This document shows, piece by piece, positions 29,121-38,221 of a DNA stretch of 64,000 nt (position 1 is the first letter of the stretch; each line of letters starts with the position of its first letter). Source of the stretch: Candidatus Moraniibacteriota bacterium (GTDB lineage: Bacteria; Patescibacteriota; Minisyncoccia; Moranbacterales; UBA1568); contig JAQTYF010000001.1 in assembly GCA_028688415.1 (NCBI GenBank), positions 336,627 through 400,626 on the forward strand, in the 5' to 3' direction. The notes under the pieces are model-generated. The model searched no databases. It had not been told where the DNA came from and worked only from the letters and a program-made list of their open reading frames with translations. The position numbers and the translations under genes were made by a program.

Positions 29121-29579
29121 TTAAAACAAATTGCTCTGCTTTGCTGCCTCATCCATAGCGCGGTTCGCTTCCGCATCAGCCACTGTGTTGTATTCTCTCA
29201 TCACATGAACAAACTTCACTTCTCCAAAATCAAGCATGAGGTTCCATATTTCGAGAAAAAGTGGCTGTAGTTTTTCATTTTCTATCTTGTATTCATGATT
29301 CAGCTGTTTGCAGGCGAGTTCGCTATCCATACGGCATTCTATAGCTGCTTTTTTGGCTACGGCTTTTCCAATCAATGCTTTTATTTTCTTCAAACCAAAA
29401 AGAATAGCGGAATATTCCGCCTCGTTGTTTGTCTTTGTTCCGAGGAATTCTCCGTATTTCTTCTCCAGTGTTTCGATATATACACCAAGCGCTGCTGGAC
29501 CAGGGTTTCCACGTGAACCTCCATCGCTATACATCACTATTTTTTCCATACTATTTTCATCATAATATTCCTCATTCAT
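29121..29579 (-). CDS. rnhA: ribonuclease HI
   Basis: DGGSRGNPGPAALGV and a C-terminal ...MREYNTVADAEANRA RNase H fold signature. The likely start is MEKIVMYSDGG (~29549). Confidence 0.75.
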   Translation of the reverse strand: MNEEYYDENSMEKIVMYSDGGSRGNPGPAALGVYIETLEKKYGEFLGTKTNNEAEYSAILFGLKKIKALIGKAVAKKAAIECRMDSELACKQLNHEYKIENEKLQPLFLEIWNLMLDFGEVKFVHVMREYNTVADAEANRAMDEAAKQSNLF

Positions 29580-29610
29580 AGTACCATAACAGAAGAGAAA
29601 TATCTACAAT

Positions 29611-29656
29611 AAAAAAACAGCTGAGTGAATAAAGTTATTCATCAGCTGTTTACCAA
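29611..29656 (-). terminator. intrinsic terminator (minus strand) overlapping the stop of 29650..30090
   Basis: Minus-strand ~14-bp stem (aacagctgatgaat / attcactcagctgtt, CAGCTG core) followed by tttttttattg. Confidence 0.55.
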
Positions 29657-30090
29657 AAGGTCTGCTTTCCGTGAGAGAAATACGAAGCACTTTGTTCAAA
29701 TGCCGTACGGAAATCATTGGCAGTGGCACGACACAAGTATTTACACGCCACTCGTACGGGTCGCGTGCTCTTCTGCATCGTCACACTCGTTCGACTATTC
29801 AAAAGGCTAAAAAGAATCACTTCAGAGGGTATATCAAAAGGCAAAGGATCGAGAGATGACCACTCATCTTGCTTTTCATTCTGTCTCTTTTCTCCTGTAA
29901 AATGTTCGGGTATTTCATACACCCAAACATCTACGATCAACTCTTCGCGAGGTTTTACAGATGGCAATCCTGCTATCTCCCCCATATGCCACTTTTTGTC
30001 CATTGAGTTCTTGCCTATTTGCAAGAGAAAACACACTTTTTCCCCTATTTTCCAAACAGGGGGTGCCTTATGTTTAGAAAACAAACCCAT
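29650..30090 (-). CDS. hypothetical protein, 146 aa
   Basis: Strong SD (GGAGG 5 nt upstream of the ATG) with a terminator at its 3' end. There is no homology I recognise. Confidence 0.45.
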   Translation of the reverse strand: MGLFSKHKAPPVWKIGEKVCFLLQIGKNSMDKKWHMGEIAGLPSVKPREELIVDVWVYEIPEHFTGEKRQNEKQDEWSSLDPLPFDIPSEVILFSLLNSRTSVTMQKSTRPVRVACKYLCRATANDFRTAFEQSASYFSHGKQTFW

Positions 30091-30131
30091 TCAAGCCTCC
30101 AGTCTATAAATAAAAAGAACTTTGCTTCTGT

Positions 30132-31889
30132 TTACACATCTTTACGGTGCATATCGAGAAGTTTCAATTGAATAGCTGTAGAACCATTCCAAGTATTTTC
30201 GCTTATTTGAAACAAAATGTCAAGAATCTCACCTTTCTGTAAGTCGGGAAATGCCGTGCCAAGAGAAAATGCGATAGCGTCAAAACTCTTGGCACCACCC
30301 TCCGAATCAATCAGACGCAACTTGAGGTGCTTCTCTCCATTCCCGACAAAACGGACATCTTGAATCATCATATTCTCCAACACAAAAACTGGTTCTGGAT
30401 TTCCTTCTCCAAAGGGAGCAAAGAGTTTCAGGTCTCGACAAAGCGCTGACGTGATATGTTCTGGACGGAGTTTCATATCTGCCCAAGTTTCGGGTTCTGT
30501 CACGACATCCGCCAAGACGGACGTGGCAAGAGCATCAAATTTTTCATAGAATGCGTCGATATTCTTATTCTCTATGGTCATCCCAGCTGCTTGTGCGTGG
30601 CCACCAAATTTTTTCAAAAGGTCACCACACTGTTCGATGATTTCTATCACATTGAGTTCTGGTATGCTCCGGAAAGACCCACGACTTTCTGTCTCTCCGC
30701 GCGTGAGCACACATGTCGGTTTGTGGAACTCGTGAGCGATACGTCCTGCTACGAGACCAATAATACCAAAAGGAAATCCTTCGTCTATAGCGAAAATAAA
30801 TTTTCTCTTCTGATATTTTTCAAGAGCAATCGTTCTCACCTGATCCGTCGTCGTCGCACTGATTTTCTGACGAGCGACATTCCACGCATCGAGTTCGAGT
30901 GCCAATACTCTCGCGTGTGCACGATCTTTTTCGATAAGAAGGTTGTGGGCGAGCATCGCATGAGCCATACGTGAAGCAGCGTTGATTCGTGGAGCAATCT
31001 GAAATCCGATGGTATGCGCATCTGGTATGTTGTTTTCATCAATTTTTATTCTTCCGACGGAAAACATTTCTTCGAGACCAACACGACGCGTTTTTGAGAG
31101 AACAATGAGCCCATACTTCACAATGGCTCGGTTCTCCTCCACCAGAGGCATAACGTCAGCGACGGTTCCGATCGCTACCACATCGAGAATCCATTTCAAT
31201 TGGTCGACTTGATCCGGGAGATATCTCTGAAATAATGCCTGGGCTATTTTGAAACTCGTACCTGCTCCGCACAATTCTCGAAAAGGATATTTCTCGTTCG
31301 CAATTTTTGGATTGATGATGGCGTATGCTTCTGGCAATATCTCTGGTACATGATGATGATCGACGACAATAGTAGATATACCTCGTTTTTTCGCTTCTGC
31401 AATCGCTTCATGATTTGTCATTCCGCAATCCAGTGTCAATATGAGTTTCACACCTTTACTCTCGAAGAAATCCACTGCAAGAATGTTGAATCCGTGCCCT
31501 TCGTTCATTTTTTCTGGAATATAGACTTCGAGGGAAACCTCGAGCGCGGTAAGTGCTTCGCGTATAATAACCGAAGAAGTCACGCCATCGGCATCAAAAT
31601 CTCCGAAGATACCTATCGTTTCCTTGTTTTTCTTCGCCTGTCCGATACGAGTGACGACGCGATCCATTTGCAAAAACAAAAAAGGATCATGGATATCACG
31701 ATCAAAATTGGGAAAAAGAAAACGTTGACGAGATTGTTCGTCGATATATCCTCGAGCAGTGAGCAATGTATCAATCACTGGATGATATGTCCCTTCCGGA
31801 ATACCCGAAGGAGCTTCTGTATTTACCCTGTATTTCCAAACAGTCATAAGAAAAAGTAAATGAAAGGGAGACAAAAAAACCTCTCTCAC
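30132..31889 (-). CDS. recJ: single-stranded-DNA-specific exonuclease RecJ
   Basis: DHH motifs (GDFDADGVTS; VVDHHH), a DHHA1 domain, and a C-terminal OB-like region. Confidence 0.8.
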   Translation of the reverse strand: MREVFLSPFHLLFLMTVWKYRVNTEAPSGIPEGTYHPVIDTLLTARGYIDEQSRQRFLFPNFDRDIHDPFLFLQMDRVVTRIGQAKKNKETIGIFGDFDADGVTSSVIIREALTALEVSLEVYIPEKMNEGHGFNILAVDFFESKGVKLILTLDCGMTNHEAIAEAKKRGISTIVVDHHHVPEILPEAYAIINPKIANEKYPFRELCGAGTSFKIAQALFQRYLPDQVDQLKWILDVVAIGTVADVMPLVEENRAIVKYGLIVLSKTRRVGLEEMFSVGRIKIDENNIPDAHTIGFQIAPRINAASRMAHAMLAHNLLIEKDRAHARVLALELDAWNVARQKISATTTDQVRTIALEKYQKRKFIFAIDEGFPFGIIGLVAGRIAHEFHKPTCVLTRGETESRGSFRSIPELNVIEIIEQCGDLLKKFGGHAQAAGMTIENKNIDAFYEKFDALATSVLADVVTEPETWADMKLRPEHITSALCRDLKLFAPFGEGNPEPVFVLENMMIQDVRFVGNGEKHLKLRLIDSEGGAKSFDAIAFSLGTAFPDLQKGEILDILFQISENTWNGSTAIQLKLLDMHRKDV

Positions 31890-31935
31890 GAAAAATCTCT
31901 AGAGAACACTCATAAAATAGGCTGGAAAGAATACG

Positions 31936-32493
31936 CTAAACACAGGTAATTTCAGCTTCGAAAAGATTGGGATTATCTTTTCGAGATCGTAATTTGAGAA
32001 CGGTACGGCCAGTTTCTTTGTTTTCCTTGAAACAGACAAAATCCGTATTCAAATGAAAATCTTTGGCGAATCGGGCAGCATCAAAAGCAAAACTATCGAC
32101 AGCAAGGACATAATCGCTCCGTACAAAATGCGCATTGATGAGCATGATCATATCATTCGGCGATGTCATATTTTGAATCAAGAAGTATTGCACACCGAGT
32201 TCTTTTGCTCGTCGTTCATCTTCTTCGCGACCCAAATGGGAGAAAAACATAATCGGTATTTGGTTCGTCGATACATTCTTCTTCAATGCTTCGACAAACT
32301 GAAATCCATCCATACGAGGCATGATAATACCCGTGACAATAATATCCGGAATGTTTTTATTCACTTGTTCCAATCCATCCAGACCATCATTAGATTCTAC
32401 AACATCAAAATTCGCATTACGCATCGTCTCTGCATACAGACTTCTGGTTTCGACATCATCATCGACGATAAGCACTTTCAATGTTTTCTCCAT
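31936..32493 (-). CDS. response regulator receiver (CheY-like) protein with a short uncharacterised C-terminal extension
   Basis: KVLIVDDDVETRSLY...D...MPRMDG...IPIMFFS receiver signature. There is no obvious output domain and no histidine kinase in the window. Confidence 0.7.
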   Translation of the reverse strand: MEKTLKVLIVDDDVETRSLYAETMRNANFDVVESNDGLDGLEQVNKNIPDIIVTGIIMPRMDGFQFVEALKKNVSTNQIPIMFFSHLGREEDERRAKELGVQYFLIQNMTSPNDMIMLINAHFVRSDYVLAVDSFAFDAARFAKDFHLNTDFVCFKENKETGRTVLKLRSRKDNPNLFEAEITCV

Positions 32494-32556
32494 AAAACGT
32501 ATTATAAATAATCACGTTTGTAGTATACAGGAAAGAAGCTCTTTTTCAAAGAACAG

Positions 32557-33645
32557 CTAATCAATTTTTCCCAGCTTTTCAATGAGCGATTTTTGTTCAC
32601 GAGAAATATGTTTCGGCACAAAAAGAGTGATTGTCACCAGGTGATCTCCTCGTCCGAAATGACCCAGATGGGGCACACCCTTTCCTCGAATACGGAATAC
32701 TTCACCCGGTTGTGTTCCTGCGGGAATCTTCATTGTCATATCCCCATCAATCGTCATCACACTGACCTTGTCTCCGAGCACAGCCTGTGTAAAGGTAATC
32801 GTTAGTTCAGAAACGATATCATCGCCGTTTCGTTTCAACGTCTTATGCGGACGGATATGCACATTGACAAACAAATCTCCAGAAGGAGCACCGTCTTCAC
32901 CTGCTGCTCCTTGTCCGCTAAGCGATACCGTCTGTTCATCATGGATACCGGCTGGTATTTCTATATCGATTTCATCCTCACGATTCATCCGTCCAGCGCC
33001 GTTACAATGGTGACATTTTTCCTTGTACATCTTGCCTCGCCCACGACAACGCTCACAAATTGCTGCCTGTGCAAAAGTACCAAAAACTGTCTGAACGGTA
33101 CGACGCACTTGCCCGCTTCCATGACAATCAGAGCATTGTTCTTCCTTGGAGTGTGGCTCTCCTCCTGTACCAAAACACACCTCGCAACGTGACATCTTGC
33201 GTAATCGAACTGTTTTTTTCACACCTTGCACCATTTCCTCAAATGAAATTTCGATATCGACAACGATATCAGAACCGCTCCGAGTTCTTCCTCCATGTGA
33301 ACGTCCTCCACCTCCTCCGAATATATCTGAAAAAATATCTTCGAAACCTGTACCGGAAAAATCGAAGCCAGAACCTCCACCCTGTTGTGAAAATCCTCCA
33401 AATCCCTGTCCACCACCCGATGAACCTTGGCTATGAAAATCCTGACCTGTCTGATCATACCGAGCGCGTTTTTCTTTGTCGGAAAGTACCTGATAAGCCT
33501 CATTGATTTCCTTGAACTTCTTCTCATCACCACCGCTCTTGTCCGGGTGATGTTGATGTGCGAGTTTTCGAAAAGCCTTCTTGATTTCATCGGAAGATGC
33601 ATTTTTTGGTACTCCCAATGTCACATAATAATCTGCCATATTCAT
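32557..33645 (-). CDS. dnaJ: molecular chaperone DnaJ
   Basis: J domain with HPD (AHQHHPDKSGGDEKKFKEINEAYQVL), a G/F-rich linker, four CxxCxGxG zinc-finger repeats, and a C-terminal substrate-binding domain. Confidence 0.9.
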   Translation of the reverse strand: MNMADYYVTLGVPKNASSDEIKKAFRKLAHQHHPDKSGGDEKKFKEINEAYQVLSDKEKRARYDQTGQDFHSQGSSGGGQGFGGFSQQGGGSGFDFSGTGFEDIFSDIFGGGGGRSHGGRTRSGSDIVVDIEISFEEMVQGVKKTVRLRKMSRCEVCFGTGGEPHSKEEQCSDCHGSGQVRRTVQTVFGTFAQAAICERCRGRGKMYKEKCHHCNGAGRMNREDEIDIEIPAGIHDEQTVSLSGQGAAGEDGAPSGDLFVNVHIRPHKTLKRNGDDIVSELTITFTQAVLGDKVSVMTIDGDMTMKIPAGTQPGEVFRIRGKGVPHLGHFGRGDHLVTITLFVPKHISREQKSLIEKLGKID

Positions 33646-33707
33646 TCTTTTATTTCCTTATAAAAACACTTTACGCTTCATTGCTTACTCTTTTTTCTTC
33701 GTATTTC

Positions 33708-33736
33708 ATTCTAGCGTACAATGAAAAAATTGGCAA
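33708..33736 (-). promoter_or_regulatory. sigma70-like promoter for dnaJ (TTGCCA-17-TAGAAT on the minus strand)
   Basis: Minus-strand TTGCCA (33731-33736), a 17-nt spacer, and TAGAAT (33708-33713), ~60 nt upstream of the dnaJ start. Confidence 0.4.
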
Positions 33737-33756
33737 TCCTCTCTGGTGAGTGCCAA
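33730..33756. promoter_or_regulatory. CIRCE-like inverted repeat (TTGGCAATC-N9-GAGTGCCAA) overlapping the dnaJ promoter
   Basis: 9-bp arms with one mismatch and a 9-nt spacer. Consensus CIRCE is TTAGCACTC-N9-GAGTGCTAA. The position upstream of a heat-shock gene fits. Confidence 0.4.
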
Positions 33757-33774
33757 TATTACACTCTTCATTCG

Positions 33775-34821
33775 TTATTCTACCAATCTTTGTTGTTCTA
33801 CTGTTACTGTTTCGAGAGTCAAAAATCGCGCCATAAGTATCAGCCAAAAAATGAATTGGGCGAGGAATACACAGAGCGGATTCAGAACTGACGCAAGAGA
33901 AAGAAGCGTGATGAAGAGGAGTAATGTAATGAAAAATGGGATGGCCTGAGAAGGTATATGCTGTACGGTTTGTTCACCCTGAAGAAATGATGTCAGCTTA
34001 TTTTGAACAATAAGAGACAGTATATCAGCAATCTTTTCAGAACCATCCACTGGACGACCGACAAACGAAGCGATTTGTGTACGACCTTCTTCAAGAAAAA
34101 GTTGTCGTGCTATAGCTGGCGAGATTTCAAGTGGCAAACCGACAGGTACTGGCATCATACGATCGGAAGTATTTTGTAGCGAAAATACTTTTTGAGATGA
34201 TATATCTGATCCAACAATCTGTTGTTGTTTTTCAAGATTCAAAAGAAATTCATCTACTGTTACGTTTTCTTTTGTCAGTTGTGCAAAACTCGGATTGATA
34301 GTTCCTGCTATTTTGAAAATACTACTCGTCATTCCTTGACTGATCCGAAAACGCGGTATGAGATCTTCCCACACTGTCTCCTTCAAAGATGAATAGTACC
34401 CTGTCGAAAACAACAGTGCTATACCCAAGAAAAAAAGCATCGAACCAGACTTTACAGAGCGAAAGAAATGGAAACGTGTGCGTTCCTTCCCTTCTGCAAA
34501 AATGTTGGCACTACTCCGAAGAAAAATGAGAGATACTCCTACGCTCACAATGATATACTCCCATCCAAGGAAAAAGAAAATACCTGGAAGTATGATCAGC
34601 GCCGTAGCGATGAGACGTAAAGCGGTTTGTTTCCAGAGAACAGATCCGATAAAAAAACAGATTGCAAGCAATACCAAAAATAAAAGAGGCTGAGCAAGAG
34701 AAGATCCTTTCTCGAAAGAAATAACGACGACAAGCGTCCGCCACAAAAAAACAGACCATACCCCTATCAAAAAGAGGAGGAAAAGGCCAATCGTATCTCG
34801 CTTGGTGAGTGTAGAAAACAT
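33775..34821 (-). CDS. polytopic membrane protein, unknown function (348 aa)
   Basis: Several TM helices at both ends flank a ~150-aa soluble middle section. No motif recognised. Confidence 0.45.
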   Translation of the reverse strand: MFSTLTKRDTIGLFLLFLIGVWSVFLWRTLVVVISFEKGSSLAQPLLFLVLLAICFFIGSVLWKQTALRLIATALIILPGIFFFLGWEYIIVSVGVSLIFLRSSANIFAEGKERTRFHFFRSVKSGSMLFFLGIALLFSTGYYSSLKETVWEDLIPRFRISQGMTSSIFKIAGTINPSFAQLTKENVTVDEFLLNLEKQQQIVGSDISSQKVFSLQNTSDRMMPVPVGLPLEISPAIARQLFLEEGRTQIASFVGRPVDGSEKIADILSLIVQNKLTSFLQGEQTVQHIPSQAIPFFITLLLFITLLSLASVLNPLCVFLAQFIFWLILMARFLTLETVTVEQQRLVE

Positions 34822-34836
34822 ATGTATTCTCTCTTG

Positions 34837-35793
34837 TTACTGTACTCGATAATACTCCCTGTACCAATCAACAAAATTTTTCACTCCTTGCTTCACTTGT
34901 GTTGCTGGTTTCCAACCGAGTTTACGAAGTTTTTTGATGTCAGCCACTGTCGAAGCCATATCGCCTGGTTGCATCGGCATCATATTCTTCTTCGCTTCTT
35001 TTCCAGTATATTTTTCGACGGTAGCAATATAATCCATAAGAGCCACTTCATGATCCCCTCCGATATTCATCACTCCACATGGTAGATCGGCATCGAGAAC
35101 AGTAATCACTCCAGAAACAATATCATCGATGTATGTGAAATTGCGTTTCATTTTTCCAAAATTATACACGTCTATCGTCTTTCCACAGATGATATTTTCA
35201 ATAAACTTGAACACTCCCATATCGGGACGTCCCCATGGACCATACACCGTAAAGAATCGGAGTCCAGTCGTCTTCAGTCCGTGAATGTGACTGAAACAAT
35301 GCGCGAGGAGCTCAGTCGCTTTCTTGGTCGCGGCATACGGAGAGATCGGGGTATCAGTCATATCACTCTCAGAAAATGGTGGTTTGTTCAGACCATAAAT
35401 AGAAGATGATGAGGCATAGACAAAATTCTGAATCTTGTATCTCACAGCAATATCGAGAAGATTGGTCGTGCCGACAATATTCACATCAACATAGAGAAGT
35501 GGGTGCTCGATGGCATAACGTACACCAGCCATCGCTGCGAGGTGAATGATTTTATCTGGTTTCTCTTTTTTGAAAACTCGTTCCAGAAATTTCGTATCAC
35601 GGATATCGCCCTTATGCACAGTGAACCCATGCTTACACTCTTTGAGAAAAATTTTGATACGATCACGTTTCAGTTTTGGATCGTAGTAATCATTGAAATT
35701 GTCAATAATCACAACAGTATCTCCGCGTTCTACGAGTTTCTTTGTCAGAGCCGAACCGATAAAACCAGCGCCTCCTGTTATGAGTATTTTCAT
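34837..35793 (-). CDS. NAD-dependent nucleotide-sugar epimerase/dehydratase (SDR family)
   Basis: Rossmann GGAGFIGS N-terminus, a YxxxK-type SDR layout, and similarity to UDP-glucuronate/UDP-glucose 4-epimerases. Confidence 0.75.
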   Translation of the reverse strand: MKILITGGAGFIGSALTKKLVERGDTVVIIDNFNDYYDPKLKRDRIKIFLKECKHGFTVHKGDIRDTKFLERVFKKEKPDKIIHLAAMAGVRYAIEHPLLYVDVNIVGTTNLLDIAVRYKIQNFVYASSSSIYGLNKPPFSESDMTDTPISPYAATKKATELLAHCFSHIHGLKTTGLRFFTVYGPWGRPDMGVFKFIENIICGKTIDVYNFGKMKRNFTYIDDIVSGVITVLDADLPCGVMNIGGDHEVALMDYIATVEKYTGKEAKKNMMPMQPGDMASTVADIKKLRKLGWKPATQVKQGVKNFVDWYREYYRVQ

Positions 35794-36971
35794 ATTTTTT
35801 TCGTTATTTTACTTCTTAAATAGTGATAATATTCTGATTCCAAATCCTTCCGTACAGTATAACGTTTCAAAACTGTTTGTCGAGCCCGTGTTCCGATTGT
35901 TTCACGTTCTTCTTTGTTTTCGATCAATCGTTCCAGTTTCTCCTGCCATTCCGCTTCAGTGGCCGCGACATATCCATCTCCCCCATCAGTGATCGCTTCT
36001 CGGAAGGGCTCTGTCGCAGATGCTACTGTCGGTACAGCGACAATACCTGCCTCAAACCATTTCAATTCTGATTTTGATTCACAAAAAGGATTGCCCATTT
36101 GGAGAGGAGCAAGATTGATATCGATACGAGCGATGTTTCTCAAATGCTCATTCCGTGGCGCAAAAGAAATCCGCTCTATCTGAGAAGAAAATGGATGAAG
36201 AATATTGTCCGTATCGAGCGGACCAGCGAGCACGAGCCTCACCTGTGGATAAGCAGTCAGAATACGGACTAGTACCGGAGTAATAACCGCAAAATCTTTG
36301 TTATGGCTCGGCGTACCAGAGAAATATGCGATACGGACAAGGTCATCTTCTCGTTTTTTCTCATGTATTATTTTCTCTACATCAGAAATATCTTTCTGTG
36401 AGAGTTTGTTTTTCACAACAAAAACTTGTTTCCCTTTTTCACGAAGTTTCTTGGCGAGATATTCTGTCGATGTCGTACACACTCGCACATACGGATCGGC
36501 GAGAATCTCTCCTCCGACACCATTTTCATAGAGTTTCTTTTCAAAACTATTCATCTTCTGAAAATAATCCATATGTTTCAAAAACTCCTTGTCGTAGACG
36601 AGGTCATCTGTTTCAAAAATGATTTCTTTTTTTTGTACTTTTATCTTTTCTATCAATCGAGCCACGCTCGGCGTGTAGAGTACTCGGTGAAAAACAAAGA
36701 CAGAAAATTGATCTGCATACGAAACAAGAAACGGATTATCCTGTACCGTCACCGAAGAACGAAATCCTTGAAAAGAAAGTTCCTCCGCAATATGTTGCGT
36801 CCGGTACCTCGCGCTATCCCCCACTCCACCGGTGATGAACAGAATATCTCCTGGACGAACGCGACCAAAAAGTGCCAGAAAGGATGTCGTGATACGTCGT
36901 CCGCCACGTATGAGTCCATCGCGCTTGAGTGTCTGCCACGCTTTCCCTATTTTGATCAAAAGAAGTTTCAT
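35790..36971 (-). CDS. glycosyltransferase (GT-B fold, GT4-like C-terminal domain)
   Basis: C-terminal ...NPFCESKSELKWFEAGIVAVPTVASATEPFREAI resembles the GT4 E-x7-E region. Its start overlaps the epimerase gene by 4 nt. Confidence 0.55.
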   Translation of the reverse strand: MKLLLIKIGKAWQTLKRDGLIRGGRRITTSFLALFGRVRPGDILFITGGVGDSARYRTQHIAEELSFQGFRSSVTVQDNPFLVSYADQFSVFVFHRVLYTPSVARLIEKIKVQKKEIIFETDDLVYDKEFLKHMDYFQKMNSFEKKLYENGVGGEILADPYVRVCTTSTEYLAKKLREKGKQVFVVKNKLSQKDISDVEKIIHEKKREDDLVRIAYFSGTPSHNKDFAVITPVLVRILTAYPQVRLVLAGPLDTDNILHPFSSQIERISFAPRNEHLRNIARIDINLAPLQMGNPFCESKSELKWFEAGIVAVPTVASATEPFREAITDGGDGYVAATEAEWQEKLERLIENKEERETIGTRARQTVLKRYTVRKDLESEYYHYLRSKITKKI

Positions 36972-36983
36972 AAAAAATACATG

Positions 36984-38162
36984 TTAGACAATTTCTTGAT
37001 ACATTTTTTCGAGTTTCTCGGCAGACACTTCCCAACCGAATCGTTCTGCTCGTGCACGATTCGATGCGCCTTTCTCTTTTCGTAATGATTCAGAGGAAAG
37101 AAGTGTACCGAGAGCTTCTGCAAGACTTTCTTTTGTCACCTCGCGCGCATAGACACCACCATCTGCCAAATACTGACGATTATTTTCTGTGTCAAAACAG
37201 ACAATCGGTAAGCCCGCTCCCATATACTGCAACATTTTTCCACTTGCTTGGTTGGTACTCGATTCTTTGGGATCGACACCGATATCACTTAAATGAAGAA
37301 TTTTTGCCAAATCAAAATACGGTAATGGACTGATGACCGTCACATGTTCCTGGAAACTCTGCTCCTGCATATAAGAAGCTATCTGATCAACAGGAAAGCC
37401 AGCGATAACGAAATGAACCTGGGACTGTGTTTTACATACGAGTGGAATAGCCTCAAGAAGAAGCTTGATGCCCTTGTTCGGGATAAGTGCTCCCGTATAC
37501 GTCACTATCACTTTGTTCTGTGGTATATGAAATATCTCTCTCAAAGAAGCACTTTCTGGTAACCGATCAAACATCGAGAGTCTCACGCCATCGAGAAGCA
37601 ATTCTGCTTGATGCATTCGAGGTATTTCGTTGATACGCTTGACATTGTCCCACGAGCTGGCTACCGTCCGATCCCCCAACCCATCAATAGAGTGTTCGAT
37701 CATTCGGAAAATTTTCTGCAATCCCATCGCTTTCAAATAACTGTGTGAAACCATTTCGTTCGTCAGACTTCCGTGAAAATCTGCTACCAATTTCAATTTT
37801 CTCCAAAAAAGAAATTTTTTCACGAGAGCACCAATCAATACTCCTTCATGCAGATGGCCATGAATGATATCTGGTCTCCATGTGCGAGCCAAATAAAATG
37901 TCTTGCGAAGCAACATCAAATCAAGGAGCAGTTTCTGCCAATCTGGTCCTGCTTCCAATTTTTTGTACCAAAAAAGAAGTCGTCTGATACGCCTGATATC
38001 GATATGACTTTCGAGACTCTTCGGAATATCCTGTCCGATATGATAGGTAGCAATCATCACTGTATGCCCTCGTTTTTCGAGAGCAAGCGCTTCTTCGAGA
38101 ATACGAATGTGAGTACCACGATCAGAGAAAAATGGCGTTGGAGCAATAACAAGGATTTTCAT
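36984..38162 (-). CDS. glycosyltransferase family 4
   Basis: GT4 C-terminal domain (...ASGKMLQYMGAGLPIVCFD...). Confidence 0.65.
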   Translation of the reverse strand: MKILVIAPTPFFSDRGTHIRILEEALALEKRGHTVMIATYHIGQDIPKSLESHIDIRRIRRLLFWYKKLEAGPDWQKLLLDLMLLRKTFYLARTWRPDIIHGHLHEGVLIGALVKKFLFWRKLKLVADFHGSLTNEMVSHSYLKAMGLQKIFRMIEHSIDGLGDRTVASSWDNVKRINEIPRMHQAELLLDGVRLSMFDRLPESASLREIFHIPQNKVIVTYTGALIPNKGIKLLLEAIPLVCKTQSQVHFVIAGFPVDQIASYMQEQSFQEHVTVISPLPYFDLAKILHLSDIGVDPKESSTNQASGKMLQYMGAGLPIVCFDTENNRQYLADGGVYAREVTKESLAEALGTLLSSESLRKEKGASNRARAERFGWEVSAEKLEKMYQEIV

Positions 38163-38221
38163 ACAAATACAAACAAAGAATCAACGTTCTTATACTCTAT
38201 TGTAGACATATTCAAAATGCT

